Assembly (NCBI GenBank): GCA_035084275.1
Contig: CM068751.1
Span: forward strand, 7,440,001 to 7,504,000
Length of the DNA stretch: 64,000 nucleotides
Reading direction: 5' to 3'
DNA from: Hydrolagus colliei
Taxonomy: Eukaryota
This document shows, piece after piece, positions 12,826-28,114 of this stretch. Position 1 is the stretch's first letter. Every line of letters starts with the position of its first letter. Both the position numbers and the translations under genes were made by a program. The notes beneath the pieces were generated by a model, which ran no database searches, was not told the DNA's origin, and saw only the letters and a list, made by a program, of their open reading frames with translations.

Positions 12826-14385
12826 CTGTAAAATAAATGGAGCAAAATAGTGTTATTTAAACTAGAAACTCTTTGCAACATTTTTAAGCCTGGCTCTGGA
12901 ATGACACTTAAGCTTTTAAGAGAAATGAAGTGTTAACATAAATAACTAGCTGATAGGAGGAAGGAATTCCAAATATTTATGGTGCATCAGTTTTGGCGGG
13001 TTAGGTTTAATAGATGCATCGCTCTACGTTTCATCACTTTATCATCACTTAGTGCATATCTTTTCCTCTTCCCACCTCACCTCCCCCAAAAAATCAGGCA
13101 GAGGATTCAAAAGGCATTATTAAAGCAGCATGTTGCTGTATAATGAAAAGTAATGGATATTATAATGTGTTACGCATACCTGCCCACCTCTCTCATCATC
13201 GGGCTTTTATACACTGTAATAAAAAAGTTTCTAATGATACAAAAACACAGATTAATCTACGTTCAGCTTTGTCTTGGCCTAGTTTTAAAGCCGTAACTCC
13301 CTTTGACTAAGATTTATGATACCAAATATGCCATAACTACATAGTCTAAAAAGATGCCGTTGGTCATCCTTCAGAGCACAAGGAGAGTTTTCCTTGGTAC
13401 AGTACAAAGGCACGCCGAGGTCAAACCTACCACAGCACATCAAACACTCCAGCACTAGCCGTTCCCAAAAAAACAAACATACCCCCAAGTGCAAAGGGAA
13501 GCTGTTAAGATTAAATAAATTTACAGTATGAAGCATTTTATCATTCAACATTCCAATAGTCTGCTTTAACAGCTGTATTACATCAGATGAAGGGAAGCGC
13601 TCTGAGACGCCGCCCGGTGTGGAGTGTGCTAGAACAATGCAAATCATCGTTGTTTTTGTTGTACGCATAAAAAAACAAAGATATATTGCTAAACTAATCC
13701 ATACTCAATTCTAACCAATTTGCTTCAAATGGTCTCAACTATACAGTGCATAACACAGGATAGCCCTATAAAATGCATTCACCTACTTTCCCCAATCTTA
13801 TATCTTAATGCAAAACTGGTTGATCTGAGTGGCCTTTATACGCAAATTGCAAGGAGGTTTAGTAATTGTTTTTTTCCAGTTTGTGGTTGAGATGATAAGT
13901 GACTGCACATTAAAAACCATCAAAGAATACAGCTGCCTGGCAGAAATTGGCCCAAATTCTTCCCAACGCGCAATGGTGGCACTGCCCATCAGAAACTGGA
14001 TTGCACCATAACTGTGAAGCACTTGAGTATTCACAACTCGCTATAAATGGGGCATTGTACAAACTGTAACATACTGTACCAAACAAAATTGTTTTAACCA
14101 AGACGAAAGGCCTCTGAACTTCATAGCCTGACAAGCTTGACTCATGTTGTTTAAATTTTTTTACCAAGGTGTGCCAGTATAACTAAATACAGTACTGTAT
14201 CAAATACTGATGGGATAAATACGTTAAGCAACTATTCAATTTTCAATAGCAGGGTATTGGGGATATTTAATATATATATTATATATAATATATATATGTA
14301 TATAATAGCGGCTATTTCTTTGTTATTCATCTTCTTTAACAGCCTAAATTAGAAATTTAAAACTTAAAATACTGTAGAATAATAA

Positions 14386-14570
14386 AAATGGGTCACTTCA
14401 GTCCACGATTGTTTGTGGGACACTGCTGCACCCAATTGACTACCGCGTTTCCCCCATAAATATACCAAGTCAAATTAATTCACTTTACAATATATTCTGT
14501 GAAGTGCATTGAGACGTCTAGAAGACATGAAAAGCACATCAAATGCAAGGATTACAATTACTATTATTAT
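14386..14570 (+). mobile_element. SINE 3' fragment in intron 3
   Basis: GGTCACTTCAGTCCACGATTGTTTGTGGGACACTGCTG...GAGACGTCTAGAAGAC...AAATGCAAGGATTA. Confidence 0.85.
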
Positions 14571-16584
14571 ACACTCACTCCTGCCTTGTTCTTTGAACAG
14601 AGGACGAGGCACACCTCCCAGCTATGAGGCTGCGGTCTACCTTAAATTGAGTCAACACTGAGTCACGAAGCTTGCGCAATTTTTTCTCTCTTCTGAGCAA
14701 TAATGTCTAATTAAATCGGGTGATTGGCTCGTCTTTATCATTCAAAACGGAAACCATTGCAACGATTTATTTGGCACCATTGAGGTTTGCTTTTTAAAGA
14801 GTTCAAAAGCTGCACTGGTGATCTGTTTTTTGAGTTGTTTTTGTGTTTATTGTGTGAAGCTGAAATAGTAGCGATATTTCGATATTGATTCCGTGCCGTG
14901 CAAAAAAAAATCACTCGATAGAATCATGGAAGCAAATTCCCGTGTTGACTTTGCTGACACATTCGGTTTCGGTGTGCAATGTATTCCTGTAGATTCAAGC
15001 TAGTTTCCGTAAAGAGATGAACCTTGGTCTACACTGACCTGGCGAAATGTTTAAACACACACCACTCCCTGATGAATCAAAAATAATATGCATTATTAAT
15101 ATGCGTGCAGTGTTCAATGCAAAACTGGAATTCACTCAAAGCAGAGGCACACAATGATATCTGGCTGGTAATTTTGCAGTTCCATCAATTAGCAGGATTT
15201 CCATTTCCCAAAGAGTGACTGGTGTGTTGGTAACTGGCAAGCCTGGCACATAAAGCCGTTCTTATTTGTCGGCCTGGCTCAGTGGCAGCACTCGTGCATT
15301 TTCAATCCAAGCTATTGCATTTTATCCTAAAGATACATTTTTAACATGCTCTAGTGAAAGGGCATTAGAAGTACATACAGTACTTGAATGTACTTGTGCA
15401 TTCTATCAAAGAGAAATCCCCTCACTTAGATATTGAATCAGATCTGGATCCCAGATTAATTGGATAGCATTAATAGCAATTCAAAATAATTTGGGTTAGG
15501 TGATTCAGTAAATCATCTGTTAAAAAAATCTCTCTTTAGGTATTTTTAAAAGCTGTATGAAGAGTTATACAGCCCTACTTATGACAACCAGATTAAGCTT
15601 GAAAATTCTGACTGCGCTCAGTGAAGTCTTTCAGCTTGTTTTCCCACAAGGACCCCATGATAGTCCAGCTGTCCAAGATGAGTTCTGGTTGTCCAGCTGT
15701 CTCAGGCACAAGTACTTTCCCCAGAAAAGCTTCTGTCCTGTGTACTTACATCTAAATAACCCAGGCAGGCAAGTGCCCACCCAGACATTAATAGAACAAA
15801 GTCTTTCTGGTTCACTGCTGGTACAAGAACAAATACCTTTTCTGGAAGGAGGGGGAAAGAAAAATGGGAAGATTTAAACCAATGGAATTAATGGGGCTTG
15901 GCAGAATTTAGGCATTCTGCCCTCCAATGCAAATACTTGTTGAAGATAATAGAAAAAGCTTAACAAGGATAGTAGGTGGTGATCAGTTTGCATTAGGACC
16001 ACACAGCGCAGTCAGTTAAAAGGCATAAACATCTTCATTGTTTAAACCATTGCTTTGGTTCCACTTCACCACCCAATAACTAGTTTGACACCATTTGTTT
16101 GCAAATAATAAACTGAGGTTGGACACAAATTGACTGGTAACTTTGATTTACCAAAACAATCTCGATGACAATTCTGTCCAGGAATAAGCAATAACTATAA
16201 AGGCCTACACTAGTCATTGCAAGCCATTACTCTTGAATAATAAAAGAAGAATCACTTGCATATATGATATAGCACATTGACGAGTCGTAAGTGAGGGAAG
16301 CAGAGATCCATATCTCAAAGACCTGGCGAGTCTGCCTGGGATTACCTCTGATCTTTTAAGCTTTGCTGATCTTTTTTTAAAAAAAGAAGGCGTTTAACTC
16401 CCAGATTCAGAAGGCAGCTGGGTCAAGCCTGAGTGCCCAGGTTATTGAAATAAAGGACAATACTTATTCAATGATCTGTTCGCACTGCTACTGGTCTCGG
16501 TCCATAAATGCTTCAAAAAAGATGAAATGTTACAGCATGTATTAGTTTAGCACACACACACACGCACACACACACACAAATATA

Positions 16585-16700
16585 TAATGATAATGCTTGC
16601 ATTTGACAAAGCACCTTATCACGTCAATGTAGTCTCTAACTCTTTGCAGAATATATTGTAAAGTGCTTTGGCTGTGTATTTTGTAGCGAAACACAGTAAC
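16585..16700 (-). mobile_element. Degenerate SINE 3' fragment next to a (CA)n microsatellite
   Basis: CTTGCATTTGAC...CACGTC...AGAATATATTGTAAAGTG. Confidence 0.6.
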
Positions 16701-17044
16701 TCACACATGCCTCAAACTCTCAAGCTACCTCTTTGTAAATGTTTAAATACATATTAAATATATCTCTCTAAATGGACAGACAGACAGATAAAATATCTAA
16801 GTGAGCACATCCATTCTCACAATGCATGATGTACAGCGACCACAATTATAGAAAGGTAAACAAAAGCCTAAGACAAACCCCATATCATATATTGGGACAA
16901 TGAAAGTATGGAATCCATAATAATGTCATCTGAATAGCTGCTGTGAAGCATCAAGCTCAATACTTTAACCATCTTTAATATTAATGGGAAACATTGGATA
17001 TTGAGAACACATTGGAGCCTTATATTTAGAACCCCTCCCGACAC

Positions 17045-17129
17045 TTTACTGTTAAATACGCAATGTTGTTTCGCTTAAAGTTGCATTTTTCGTGAACGCA
17101 ACTGTGACGTTAAGCAAGGACTAAGTGTA
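17045..17129. mobile_element. Possible Tc1/mariner (Tigger-like) terminal remnant
   Basis: GACGTTAAGCAAGGACTAAGTG-TA resembles a pogo/Tigger TIR ending at a TA target. The partner end was not identified. Confidence 0.3.
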
Positions 17130-20100
17130 CAGCAAATCAGAGATTCTCCCTAGACAAAATAACCTGCTCCTTCTATTACACCAAATACCATACAGTACCA
17201 AGGAATGCTTTTCTGCGACCAGTCAGTGAACTTCACCGGCATTTGGTTAAGACATCCCAACTGAAAATCAGCTGTTAATTACTGTATAGATGCTCAGGTA
17301 GAGTAATGTAGACGTAACGTAAAAGTTGTGCGCCTGGAAAATCAGAGTCAAAATTGTCACACACCATTCCCTGACTTCCAAAAATTGACCCAAAGAAACT
17401 AATGAGTCAAGTCATTAGTAACCCTCGTTGCAATGTCTGCGAATAATTTAGAAATAATTCTTTGCTAGTTTGTTTCTGCAGCCTCATCTGTTTGATTCTT
17501 TTGAAGAGCTTGCACTACTCTGCAGTCACTGCACCGAAAAGGTCTGATATAATTCCAAACAGCTGTGACACAAGGCATTTCCCTCATGTGTTTTATACGT
17601 TTATACATATATATTGTATAGGTATAGATTATTCAGCCAATTTTTCATTTTCTTCCAAGAAACTTGAGATGAAACAATCTGACATGTCCTGCAATTTTAA
17701 TCAGCACACGTAACTGACTCAATTACAAACAAAGCTTGAAATAATTTTCTTATAAGACAACTAGGCTTAAAAGTTTATAACGATATATTCCATTAGGTAT
17801 ACAGAGAAGAAACACATGGCATAATACAGATGGCAAGGTTAATTCACAGGATGTACTTCTGATCAGATACTGCTGCTCTGCCAGCAATATTAAATGGAAT
17901 TGATGTCCATCTTTCAGTAAAAAAACAACTGGAGTGGAGAGGGAGCAATTGAGAAAGAACATATTTCCCCTCCTAGTATCAACAGGCTCCTGAAATATTT
18001 CATTTTCTCACATCAGTATTCTTTGGTGAAGCTCAGAGTAGATATTGCCAATAAATGTTGAATTTAGGGGAGCTTTCATGAGTTCGCGCAAGAAGAATAG
18101 TCCAACTTATTTCACTCTGAAACTCCTAGAGCCAACAGAGAGAGACTATGCCACTAATCAATGCTGGGGATCGCTGGTTCCCAGTAGTTATAAGTGAGAG
18201 GTATGAAGGGTTGAAGAATGTCCTTTGGCCCATTTGATCTCATGCTTCCAGGTTCCTACCATACCTTCATCTTCATTCCAGTATTCTCTTCTCAAAAAAG
18301 GCAAGGGTCCTATTCTCTGAAACACTTCCTATTAAATCAGTTGAGCTGTTGATAATCTAAAGAAAAGGAAATTAATCTTTATATCTGTCCTATACAGGGA
18401 ATGACCACTTTCATTCAAATGTGTCCTAACCAGATCAGTTACAACTTGAATGACATTGTTATATAAAAAAAGGAGAAAAGAACCATTCTTCAGAAAAGTA
18501 CTGTTGAGCAACTTTACTTTCGCGTTCCGAGTATTATGTACCAGAAGACCGGTTACTTTTTTTTAAAACTATGTTAAGATTATTGTTTCTTGCCTGATAT
18601 ATGGAAGTGTTTCAAAAAGTGATTCTTTTTTGCCGAAGGGGAAAGCAAGTTGTACAAGGATGATTTTAGCTTGGGCAGGTTTTGCATACATATCGCCAGC
18701 AGCAAAATTCTAAATGTATGATAATCCTTTCATTTATACAGTGCTGATTGAAACAACTTTATCTGCCACCTTGAAGAGTTTATTAGATGACCCAAGCATA
18801 CCATCCTTCTTGTGATGTGATGAGTAAGGTGTGGGGAGGGAGGGAATGGGATTACCGGCATGTCTGAAGACCAAACTCTTAAAATAGGACTCTAAAAGTG
18901 AGGAGGGAGTGGGCGAGGCAGAGGGATTCCATGATGGAAGTCGAGAGGGTGGATCACACACGAAACCTGTGCCAGCCTTGATGAATGTGGGAAGCTCATT
19001 CACCAAGGGTGGGGCGGATTGGGCGGAAGACATGAAACAATCATTAAAAATGATTGTTTTTTAATGATTGTGTCTCAAGACTCAGGTTCTAGAATGTGTT
19101 GACTTATGCCATTACTATTAATAATTATTATGAATACAGTATTACTATTATTGTATAGAAGAAGTCTTATATTTCACCTCAGCGACCCGTGAACAGGAAA
19201 GCGTGGACAAATTCAACAATGGATCTGCCACCTGATTATCACCAACAAAACTTAACACAGAAAGAATAGTTACTTGGGCACAATATGGGAAGAAATGTGG
19301 TATGGTGCCTGTAGAACTGAAATCCACAGGACTGCATTTTCAGGGAGGTAGGTGTGATGAGAAGTAGAATATCCTGTGACCCGAGACCTGGTGGCAATGT
19401 GGTTACTTGCCAAACAAACAACTTGGGATTTTCACAGCATTTTTGGGGGCTGTATCATTTGTTCCAACTCGAGGGTGTTGTATATTTTTTTTTACAAGAT
19501 GTGAGATTAAGAAAATATTGTGCGAGCCATTTCTGGTCATGGTCGTGCAATGAAATTCATCTTACAACAAAACGTATATACGACGACAATGCCAAGAAAT
19601 TATTAATGGTTCAGTCCAGGAACTACATTGGGGGAGCGCTGTCTGAAAGACCACCTAGGTCAATCCCTTTAGTCGACCAGCTTCACTGTATTTTTGTTAA
19701 AGAATTAAACTGTCCACACTAAATGTGCTTGGTCTGACATGTAATGAATCTCAAGTGTCTAAACAGTGGTATTAAAACAAACATGAGGAGCACTATGAAA
19801 CCACAATGTGGCGAAACATTGAAAATGATCTGAAAAGACCACCGCTTGTGTTTCAGGACGCTCCTAAGAATAGGTGAACTCTTAACTCGGATTTAAATGT
19901 CAATGATTGATATGTTGCTACAACCATCATGAGAAGCTCAGTGTTATCTCCAAGCTAAATTTCACTGCTCTTCCAACGAGGCATTATGTCTGACATCTAC
20001 GCTGACTGCACTGCTGCAGAGCTCAAGTCTTTAAAATTCTAGGTGCACAGGTGTGGGGGCAGGTTGTCAATGTTGTGATATCCCACTGACAACCTTTGCT

Positions 20101-20325
20101 GCCTGGGGACATGAGATCAAAGCCCAGGCTTGCGTTTACATTGTGAGGACGCAGTGCTGTAGCCCTGAGCTCCTCCTACATGTCATTACCACCATGCCCA
20201 CATCAGATTGATTCCCTTAGAAACTTGGCAGCGCAGCACCAGTATCTGTGAGTTTTATTTCATAACAACATGTCTCCACTGCTGAAAAGATTCGAGGAAA
20301 ACAGTGATCACCCTATGCAATTGCA

Positions 20326-21462
20326 TTGCTATTGCACAAAGTCAAGGCCCACAGGATTAATGGGAACATGTTATCATGGATGGAAGAGTGGCTAACAGGT
20401 AGAAAACAGAGAGTAGGGATAAACGGGTCATTCTCTAATTGGCAGGATGTAATTAGTGGAGTGCCACAAGGATCAGTGCTTGGGCCTCAGCTATTTACAA
20501 TTTACATCAATGATATAGACGAGGACATTGAATGTAACGTGTCTAAATTCGCGGATGACACTAAACTAGGTAGGAAAGTCAGCTGTGAGCATGATGCAAA
20601 AAGATTGCAATAGGATATAGATAGGCTAAGGGAGTGGGCGAGTAGGTGGCAGATGGAATTTAATGTGGGGAAGTGTGAAATTAATCACCTAGATAGCAAA
20701 AAAAAATTATAGATGGGGAGAGGTTAGATAGTGTTAGTGTACAAAGGGATTTGGGTGTCCTTGTACACCACTCTCAAAAAGTTAGTTTGCAGTTGCAGCA
20801 AGCAACTAAGAGGGCAAATGGCATGTTAGCGTTCATTGCAAAAGGTTTACAGTACAAGAGTGGGGAAGTCTTACTTCAACTGTATCGGGCCTTGGTGAGA
20901 CCGCACCTACAGTATTGTGTGCAGTTTTGGTCTCCTTATTTAATAAAGGACATACTTGCCTTAGAGGGGGTGCAGCATAGATTCACTAGGTTGGTTCCTG
21001 GGATGAGGGGGCTGACCTATGAGGATAGATTGAATAAACTAGGGCTGTATTCTCTAGAGTACAGAAGAATTAGGGGAGATCTTATTGAAACATATAAGAT
21101 TTTTAAAAGGCTGGATAAAGTAGACAGTGAGGGACTGTTTCCCCTAGTAGGAAAATCTATAACCAGGGGTCATAATCTTAAAATTAAGGGTCAGCCTTTT
21201 AGAGCAGAGTTGAGGAAACATTTCTTCACTCAGAGGGTAGTGAATTTATGGAATTCACTACCCCCAGAAGGCTGTAGATGCTCAGTCCTTGAACATATTC
21301 AAGGCTGAGACTGATAGTTTTTTTAAAAAAGAATAGAGGGATTAGGGGATAGGGCAGGTAATTAAAGTTAGGTTAGAAGATTAGCCATGATCTTATCAAA
21401 TGGCGGGGCAGGCTCGAGGGGCCGAATGGCCCACTCCTGCTCCTAATTCCTATGTTCTTATG
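20326..21462 (+). mobile_element. 5'-truncated, inactivated CR1-clade LINE (RT C-terminal half and 3' UTR), antisense within intron 3
   Basis: ORFs 20326-20613 (SGVPQGSVLGP, KFADD) and 20751-21308 (LYRALVRPHLQYCVQFWSP, RGDLIETYKI, TRGHNLK, FFTQRVVNLWNSLP) are CR1 ORF2 motifs. Premature TAG at 20611-20613 and frameshifts near 20700 and 21262. Ends in GGCCGAATGGCCCACTCCTGCTCCTAATTCCTATGTTCTTATG, a shark-type CR1 tail. Confidence 0.93.
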
Positions 21463-24400
21463 AATCCTTTCTACCAGTTGATAGGACGCTGCTGTCAATG
21501 GAAACGTTCTCTCTCCTCACAAGGTATTGATTAGTTAGTGATCAGTGTCTGAATTTTCACATGTTCAATTTTTCAACAGATATTCCTTCCGAGAGTAAAA
21601 GTATGAAAAGAAACAGCTTATCCTGTCAAATGTTCATGCAAAATCACCAAAGCGGAAATGTCTAACTCTTGACAGCATGTTAAGTTGTACAACAGGTTAT
21701 TTATACCATGGCTTTGGAGTTAACTCATCAGAATAAGGATTTAACAGAGATCTATGTACTGTATTTCACAAGAGCATTGAATGGGATGTAACTGGTTATT
21801 AGACCTGGCAAATATAGGAAATGGGTTTAAAAAGCCCAACTTTTCCCCCAGAAGATTCAACAGAGAATAGAGCACTGACATTGAGCAGTGGCTACTGTTT
21901 ATTGAACCACTGTGATTACTCATTCTATAGTTCAGTACATAATTTTAAAAAGTTATGAAATATATTGTTGTAGCAACAGTGCATCACAGAACAGGAAAAC
22001 CTGGATTCAAACCCATCCGTTTATGCACAGAGGATTTTTTTGACCTAGCTAGGCTGAGGCAATCTTCAATGGAGCCCTGGAGGCAAGATACAGTCGGGAG
22101 GGTTACAGGACCTTAATCATTCTTGAACATACTGTATAATGGGAAAATGGTAATGTGGGTATTTTGGAAGGACGAGATCAAATCGGATAAAGGGCCTTCT
22201 TCATTCAAACTTCGGACCTCTCTTGTAATCTGATGATATCGTGGAGCCGAGCTACAGAACTGTCACTGGCAGGGAGCCAAGGAAAGGCTGGGAATGGTGC
22301 ATTACCATGGGGGGAAAGGAGCGGGAAAGAGAAGAAACAAAAACATCACTATGAATGAGCCAAACTTTTCCAGTTTGTACTTAACAGCCTCCTAAGAAGT
22401 GAAAAATCCTCTATCCCTCCTAGGATTTCAATTTATATTTGTATTGAATTCCCAATAACAATATTCCGAGCCCAAGATCAACAAGGAACATCTGCTCCTA
22501 ATTGTAGGACAATCAGTGGATACTGTACAGTTAATTATTTGCAGATGTTCAGCAATTGGTCCATCTTGCACAAGTACGCACAGAAGAGAACAATATTGAA
22601 TCATGGCTTTTTTTTGTTAAATCACCCCCAACACTATCACATAGTTTCTGACTTTGCTTGTGTTCTCTGCTCTGGGGAGAGTTTGTATTGCCAAGCTGAT
22701 AGTGGTGAGAGCAGTAAGAGTGAAGCCGGGTGCAAAGACAAATTTGTGCAGTGTTTTAAATGGGTGGTGGGTGGTGGCGGGGGGGAGCAATTGGATGTGC
22801 AACCGACGCCTTAAAAGTTCTTAAGTGCATCCGGGACTGCCTGCAAACTCATAAAACGCTACATGGCAGGGCTACAGGGAGTGCAACAAAATGAGAGCAA
22901 GCCGCCATAATGGGATCAGACTGTATATTTTTTGTGTCATAGCAGTTAGGTCAGGTTCTGGATATGCCACCCATTTGTTACGTGGCCCCAAAGCCTGTAA
23001 TTATCGGCAGGGAATCTGCATTTGTCACCCCAACCCTGTGGCGAAGGCACCAGTTGCGGTTTCACACAGATGTTAAATTTAGTGCAGCGCAGGTCAGGGC
23101 AAGATTTTTGCAACAAAAGAAAAATCTGTTTGTGTTAGTGAAATGCAAATGTAGTCAAAGGTATGAAACATTCTTTTCAAAAGAGCCTGACGACCACAAA
23201 CTTTTAATTATATTCTTCTTTTGAGCTCTATCTGCAAGTATGTAGAGAATACCTATAATGATAATGAGTCATAAGTTTGACCCCATCATTTCTTTTATTA
23301 CGACGTAGACTCATTTATTTTTTAAAAAGTGCAGATCTTTAAAGGTTATTCTGGTGACAAAGAGCATCGTGTTGCATAGGCCATCGATGTGAGCTTTTCA
23401 AAGGAGAGCTCTTCCAAGTCATTACAATCGAGGAATCTTGTCTGTCATGCTAGAATGCGCAGGCGAGTTCCACCTGGCTCTTTATTACTTCATAATTCGA
23501 GTGGTATTCTTGAAAGATGAAACAAACTGTGCAGCAGGCTTCAATAATCTGAATTCTGAGGCAATTAGGGAATACTGTTGAAAGTAATCAAGGGTGCACA
23601 GGGATGGGTGGGGCTATAAACGGCGGCCGTGCCTTTGAAGAATGGTACTTTTCTACAGAATTCTGGAGGAAGCAGTGCATTCAAAATCCAACCACAGGAT
23701 TCGTAATATATATCTTGGTACACATATTAAGTCAATGAGTGAGGCGTAGTTAAGGAGGCGTAGTATAGGATGTGCATTGTAGATAAAACCCATGCATTGC
23801 AACAGTTTTATTGATCGTGAAGCTTCCTTTTTTTTGGCTAAACGAAAGGTGCGGCTCAATTCTGAGAATTTTGGAATATAATTTCGTAACTTCCACTTCA
23901 GAAGCTTGCGATTGTTCTTCTAGTCAAAAGGATATACTAGCGTGAGTTGACATTTATGGTTCGCAGAATGATGACAAGCAAAACAGGTTTTCCAGCCTGA
24001 AGTCGACATCATTGCCAAAGGGCTCTGATGCATTCGTGGATTCTAGGCTTTCCGGTTTCCAATTATATTTGCTAAAAATCGGCCACTTTTCTCCCAATTC
24101 ACGAGAAATGAATTCCTATCATTAGTTAAAAGTAAACTTTGTGCTGGGTTTGAACTGTAAAGATAGCTGACTCCTGGGTCACAAGGTCACCATCTGCAGA
24201 GTTGTCTAAGATTGCGCGGGGCGCAGTAACTGATGTCCACAGAGGCCACTTTTGCAGTTGAAATGATTGCTTAAAGATTGAACAAATAATAGAAGTAAAA
24301 TAAACATTGATATTAGTCAGCAAAGAGTTTTTTTTAATAATCAAAAGCCGCCGACTGTACATATAACCCGGCAAAAGTCTATTCGGGGAAAATGCACCCA

Positions 24401-27400
24401 GTTTCAATGTGGTGTAAATTGAATTTGTGTCAGGAGCATTTTGCTCCTGAAGCAAATCACTTTCAACTCAGCCTGGAAACAAGATATTTGTGCCAAAGAC
24501 AATAAGAATATATGGAGCTTTTGATGGTGCCTTTCCTCCATATGCTGGAAAGCCATTTTCAACAAATAAAAGTTGCCTGAAGGACCTTGTTTCTTGACGA
24601 TGCAAAAGCCGTCTTTCTGCTTCATACAAACATTCCTAGCTGATGGAATTTCATATGTGTTAGCACTGCCATAAAACAGAGTAAGTAGTCTTGCCTTGGT
24701 CCTTTCCGCCAGGTATACTGTGAGCTAATGATGGCTTTGACAATCTCTATCCACCTGCAAAGCATAAACCTGCTATGGAGAACTCCCACTCTGAACCCTT
24801 GTACCACAGTCACTTATCCTGCTCAACACTATTTTGCAGTTTTAAGCATAAAAACTATTGAATTGGACGAAAATCAAAATACTAAATCATAATCATGTCA
24901 GGCAGTCTCATCGACAAAATTATTCTGATGTCTTCCCTCAACTCAGCTAGGGTAATATTGCTTTCAAAAAACTGATAAACTGTAGTTACCACTGTAGTGA
25001 AGGAAATTATGTCTACTTCCTAAATTGCTACGACAAGTTACCTAAAACAGTCCAACGGTCTGCTGAATGCATTCATGTTATAGTACTTGCTATACCATTG
25101 CCAGAGCCAAAAAAATGACATAAATTGCAAACTCCTGTATTGTATAAAACAGGAAATATGTGTGAGGGAGAAGTGAAGGCTGTAATGCAATCTCAGGATC
25201 TGAATTATATTTATAAGCCATTCAAGCTTCATTTTTGCAATTAACAATATTTGAACATCCTCATTTGGACAGGTGCCATGAAACTTTTAACACATATCAT
25301 TTATACACACTTTTGTGTTGCAAATGTAACAAAACACTAAGGTTAATTTGTTGCCGTGGAAGCATGAATCCAGTTGGAAATTGACGAAGCACGATATTTG
25401 TACACAAATAATGCACGGAAACAAGGGGTTTAAGGATTCTTCCCCTCTGCTGCACAACACATACTTTATTCAGCTCATAATCAACTCACAAGTTATTTTT
25501 TAAACTAATCTGGGTTTGGTTATGAACAGATGGCAATAATATTGACCTTGTAATCTGGATGGGAAGTCAGTCAAATTGAATCCAGGGAGAAAAGATAGCA
25601 TATTTATTATGTTGATTCATATTACTGCAAAGCAGGCAGCTCTCCACTGAATCAAATAGAAAAATAGTTTGGTTTGGGTTCCTATGCTTTTCGGGATTAT
25701 CAAAGATTACTGATCATATTGATTCCCGTTACAAATAGCACTTATGGTATATAGTGTAATGGCAGGATATATTTTAGCTAGACTTCCAATCCTCATTGGC
25801 ATCGTATCTGGAATGTTTCATTTATCACATAAAACCCATTTACAAACCAGTTTATTGATTTCCAGGCAAGAGCTAAGACTTCTACAGAGGAAATAGTTGT
25901 ATATAGATATCCCCGGATTGCTATTCACTAACCTTTCACACTCATCCAATTTGCCTGCATGAAGGACCAATTACAATCTTTCCAATTCAGTTACCATATG
26001 TGCTTTTTGCCCCAAATGGCAGTACTGTGGATTCACAGGTAAAAATCTTCCTGCTGCGAAAAGCAATTACACACTAAACACCATCATTTGAGAGATTTGG
26101 GATACTAAAGTGAAATGATTTATACTTTGCTGGTAGCTTCTCTTTATTGTTTCTTTTGCTGAAAACATGATACCGAGCTACAGAATTATGTCACCAGTAA
26201 AAGATACTAATCTGGCACTGTGTGGGGAGAATTTACAAACGGTCCATTTACAGCACAAGAACCTCTTTTGTAAATCTCTTTTTGTAAAAAGCCATCTCAA
26301 AAAAAATGTGGTGCATTGATGCAGAATCTCAGGTAAATAAGGCTGGGAGAATGATAAATGCTTCATTCTGTTGCAGAATATACACAGGATTTCTTAACGT
26401 TTGCATGCAGATGCATTCACTTTCAAACTCAAAAGCCATTTTTTTTCTCTTTCTCTCTCTCGGTTGGCATGTAAATTCATTACTCATTGTGGAAGGGAAG
26501 CAAAACAATGGAACTATAATTAACTTATAGAAGTCTCTTCCAGAACACGAGACAGCAAACAGAGAATCCTCTCTGTTCTGTCATACTGATATTTATAAAT
26601 GGAATTGTGATTGGCATAAATGTGTTTGCATTTCAGAGGGCAAACTCAGGCCAAACAAAGGGTAGTTTATCAAACAGCCGCCTCCAGCGCTGAAATTTGC
26701 AGAGCAAAGCGCACTCAAAACTGCTGCGATAGGAATGCTGTAAAATGACAGCACTTAAAGCTATAGAGGACTCGAGAAACTTGCCAACTCTGTGCAGTGT
26801 TTCCTGAGAACTTTGTACCTTGCAAAAAAAAACACACACATGATTCGCCGATGCTGTTTGGAAGCTGTTGTAATTCTTTTTCACTTAACGATGACGTTAC
26901 ACCTTTGTGGGAAAAAAAAGTGTTCTTCAAATTATTGTTATCTGTTGTCATATTGACTTGAATGAGTAAAAAGAAAATTCCACCTGGGTCTTTATTTATT
27001 TATTCCATTAATGTAACATCTCAAAGTGTACAAAATTTGGCAAACTCTTAAGTGGAACTTTCTGTAATCCTTTCTTTTAAGGATTACAGAAAACGAGCTT
27101 CAAAGTTACGACTGATCTTAACAAATTTCTCACCAATGTAGGAGCAAAATCTTCCACTGTACATTTCTTTCAATCGAGTCCAAGATACTTCAGAAATACA
27201 TTAACTTCCTTCAGATGTTTTTGTTTAAGATCTGAATATGACCAAAGTCAAACGACAGATAAAAAGGTATGAAAATTGTCGTACATTTTAATAAAACAAT
27301 CACTGCAATGTTAAGCGAATGTTCTTCTGCCAAAAAATCTGATTGTATTTTTGATAACATATAAATGTCACCTAACAGCTGCCTTCATGTCAGAATTCCT

Positions 27401-28114
27401 TTGAAATTAGCTTCTCTGCCAACAGGCACTTACATCTCTGCAGACAAGCAAATGTACTTTATCAGCATGTGTTTCCAAAAAGCAACCAGTACTGATTAAA
27501 TCTGGTGCTTTTTCAATCTAAAGCACTCTGTGTAGCAACTTTATTCTTTGAAAGCCATTCTGAACTACAGAAGTCTTCGCCTCTTGGAATGAACAGCTAA
27601 ACAGAAGCGATAAAATCCAGTTAAGTCGCAACACTTGTTAACTGCAGTGTATTGTTCCTATCATAGACAGAAATGTGACATGCCTGTCTGATAAGAGCAG
27701 GCAGGAATTTCATTTCCTGGACCGTATCCTACGCGTGTTGATATTTGACCATTTCCCATTATTTATTCCAACCATTTCAGTAGGAAACGGGAGACATTAA
27801 ATGTGGTTTGCTAATTTTAACTCAGGTGCATTGAGTTTTATAATCAACCAATTGGGCATACATACACAGAGACAGTTTATCCCATTTGCACAGTCTGCTC
27901 CCAGCTGCTAATTTGCACAAATGCAGTACGTCGACTACAGCAATATCGACTTGCAGTGAAGTTGTACTGCGGTGAGAATGAACCAGTGTATCAGTCCAGA
28001 AACAGCACGTGAAACAATTTCGTTTTTTTTTTAAATTACTTTATAATGATCCAAGTTTACAGTGTTCCAAGCAGCTGCAGGATCTATTACGAAATATAAC
28101 TTTTTCAGTTTTTC

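Noticed and set aside
13910-14167. Cys-rich minus-strand ORF first considered as exon 4
   Set aside because: Cys spacing does not match Eph. The true exon 4 is at 12670-12825.
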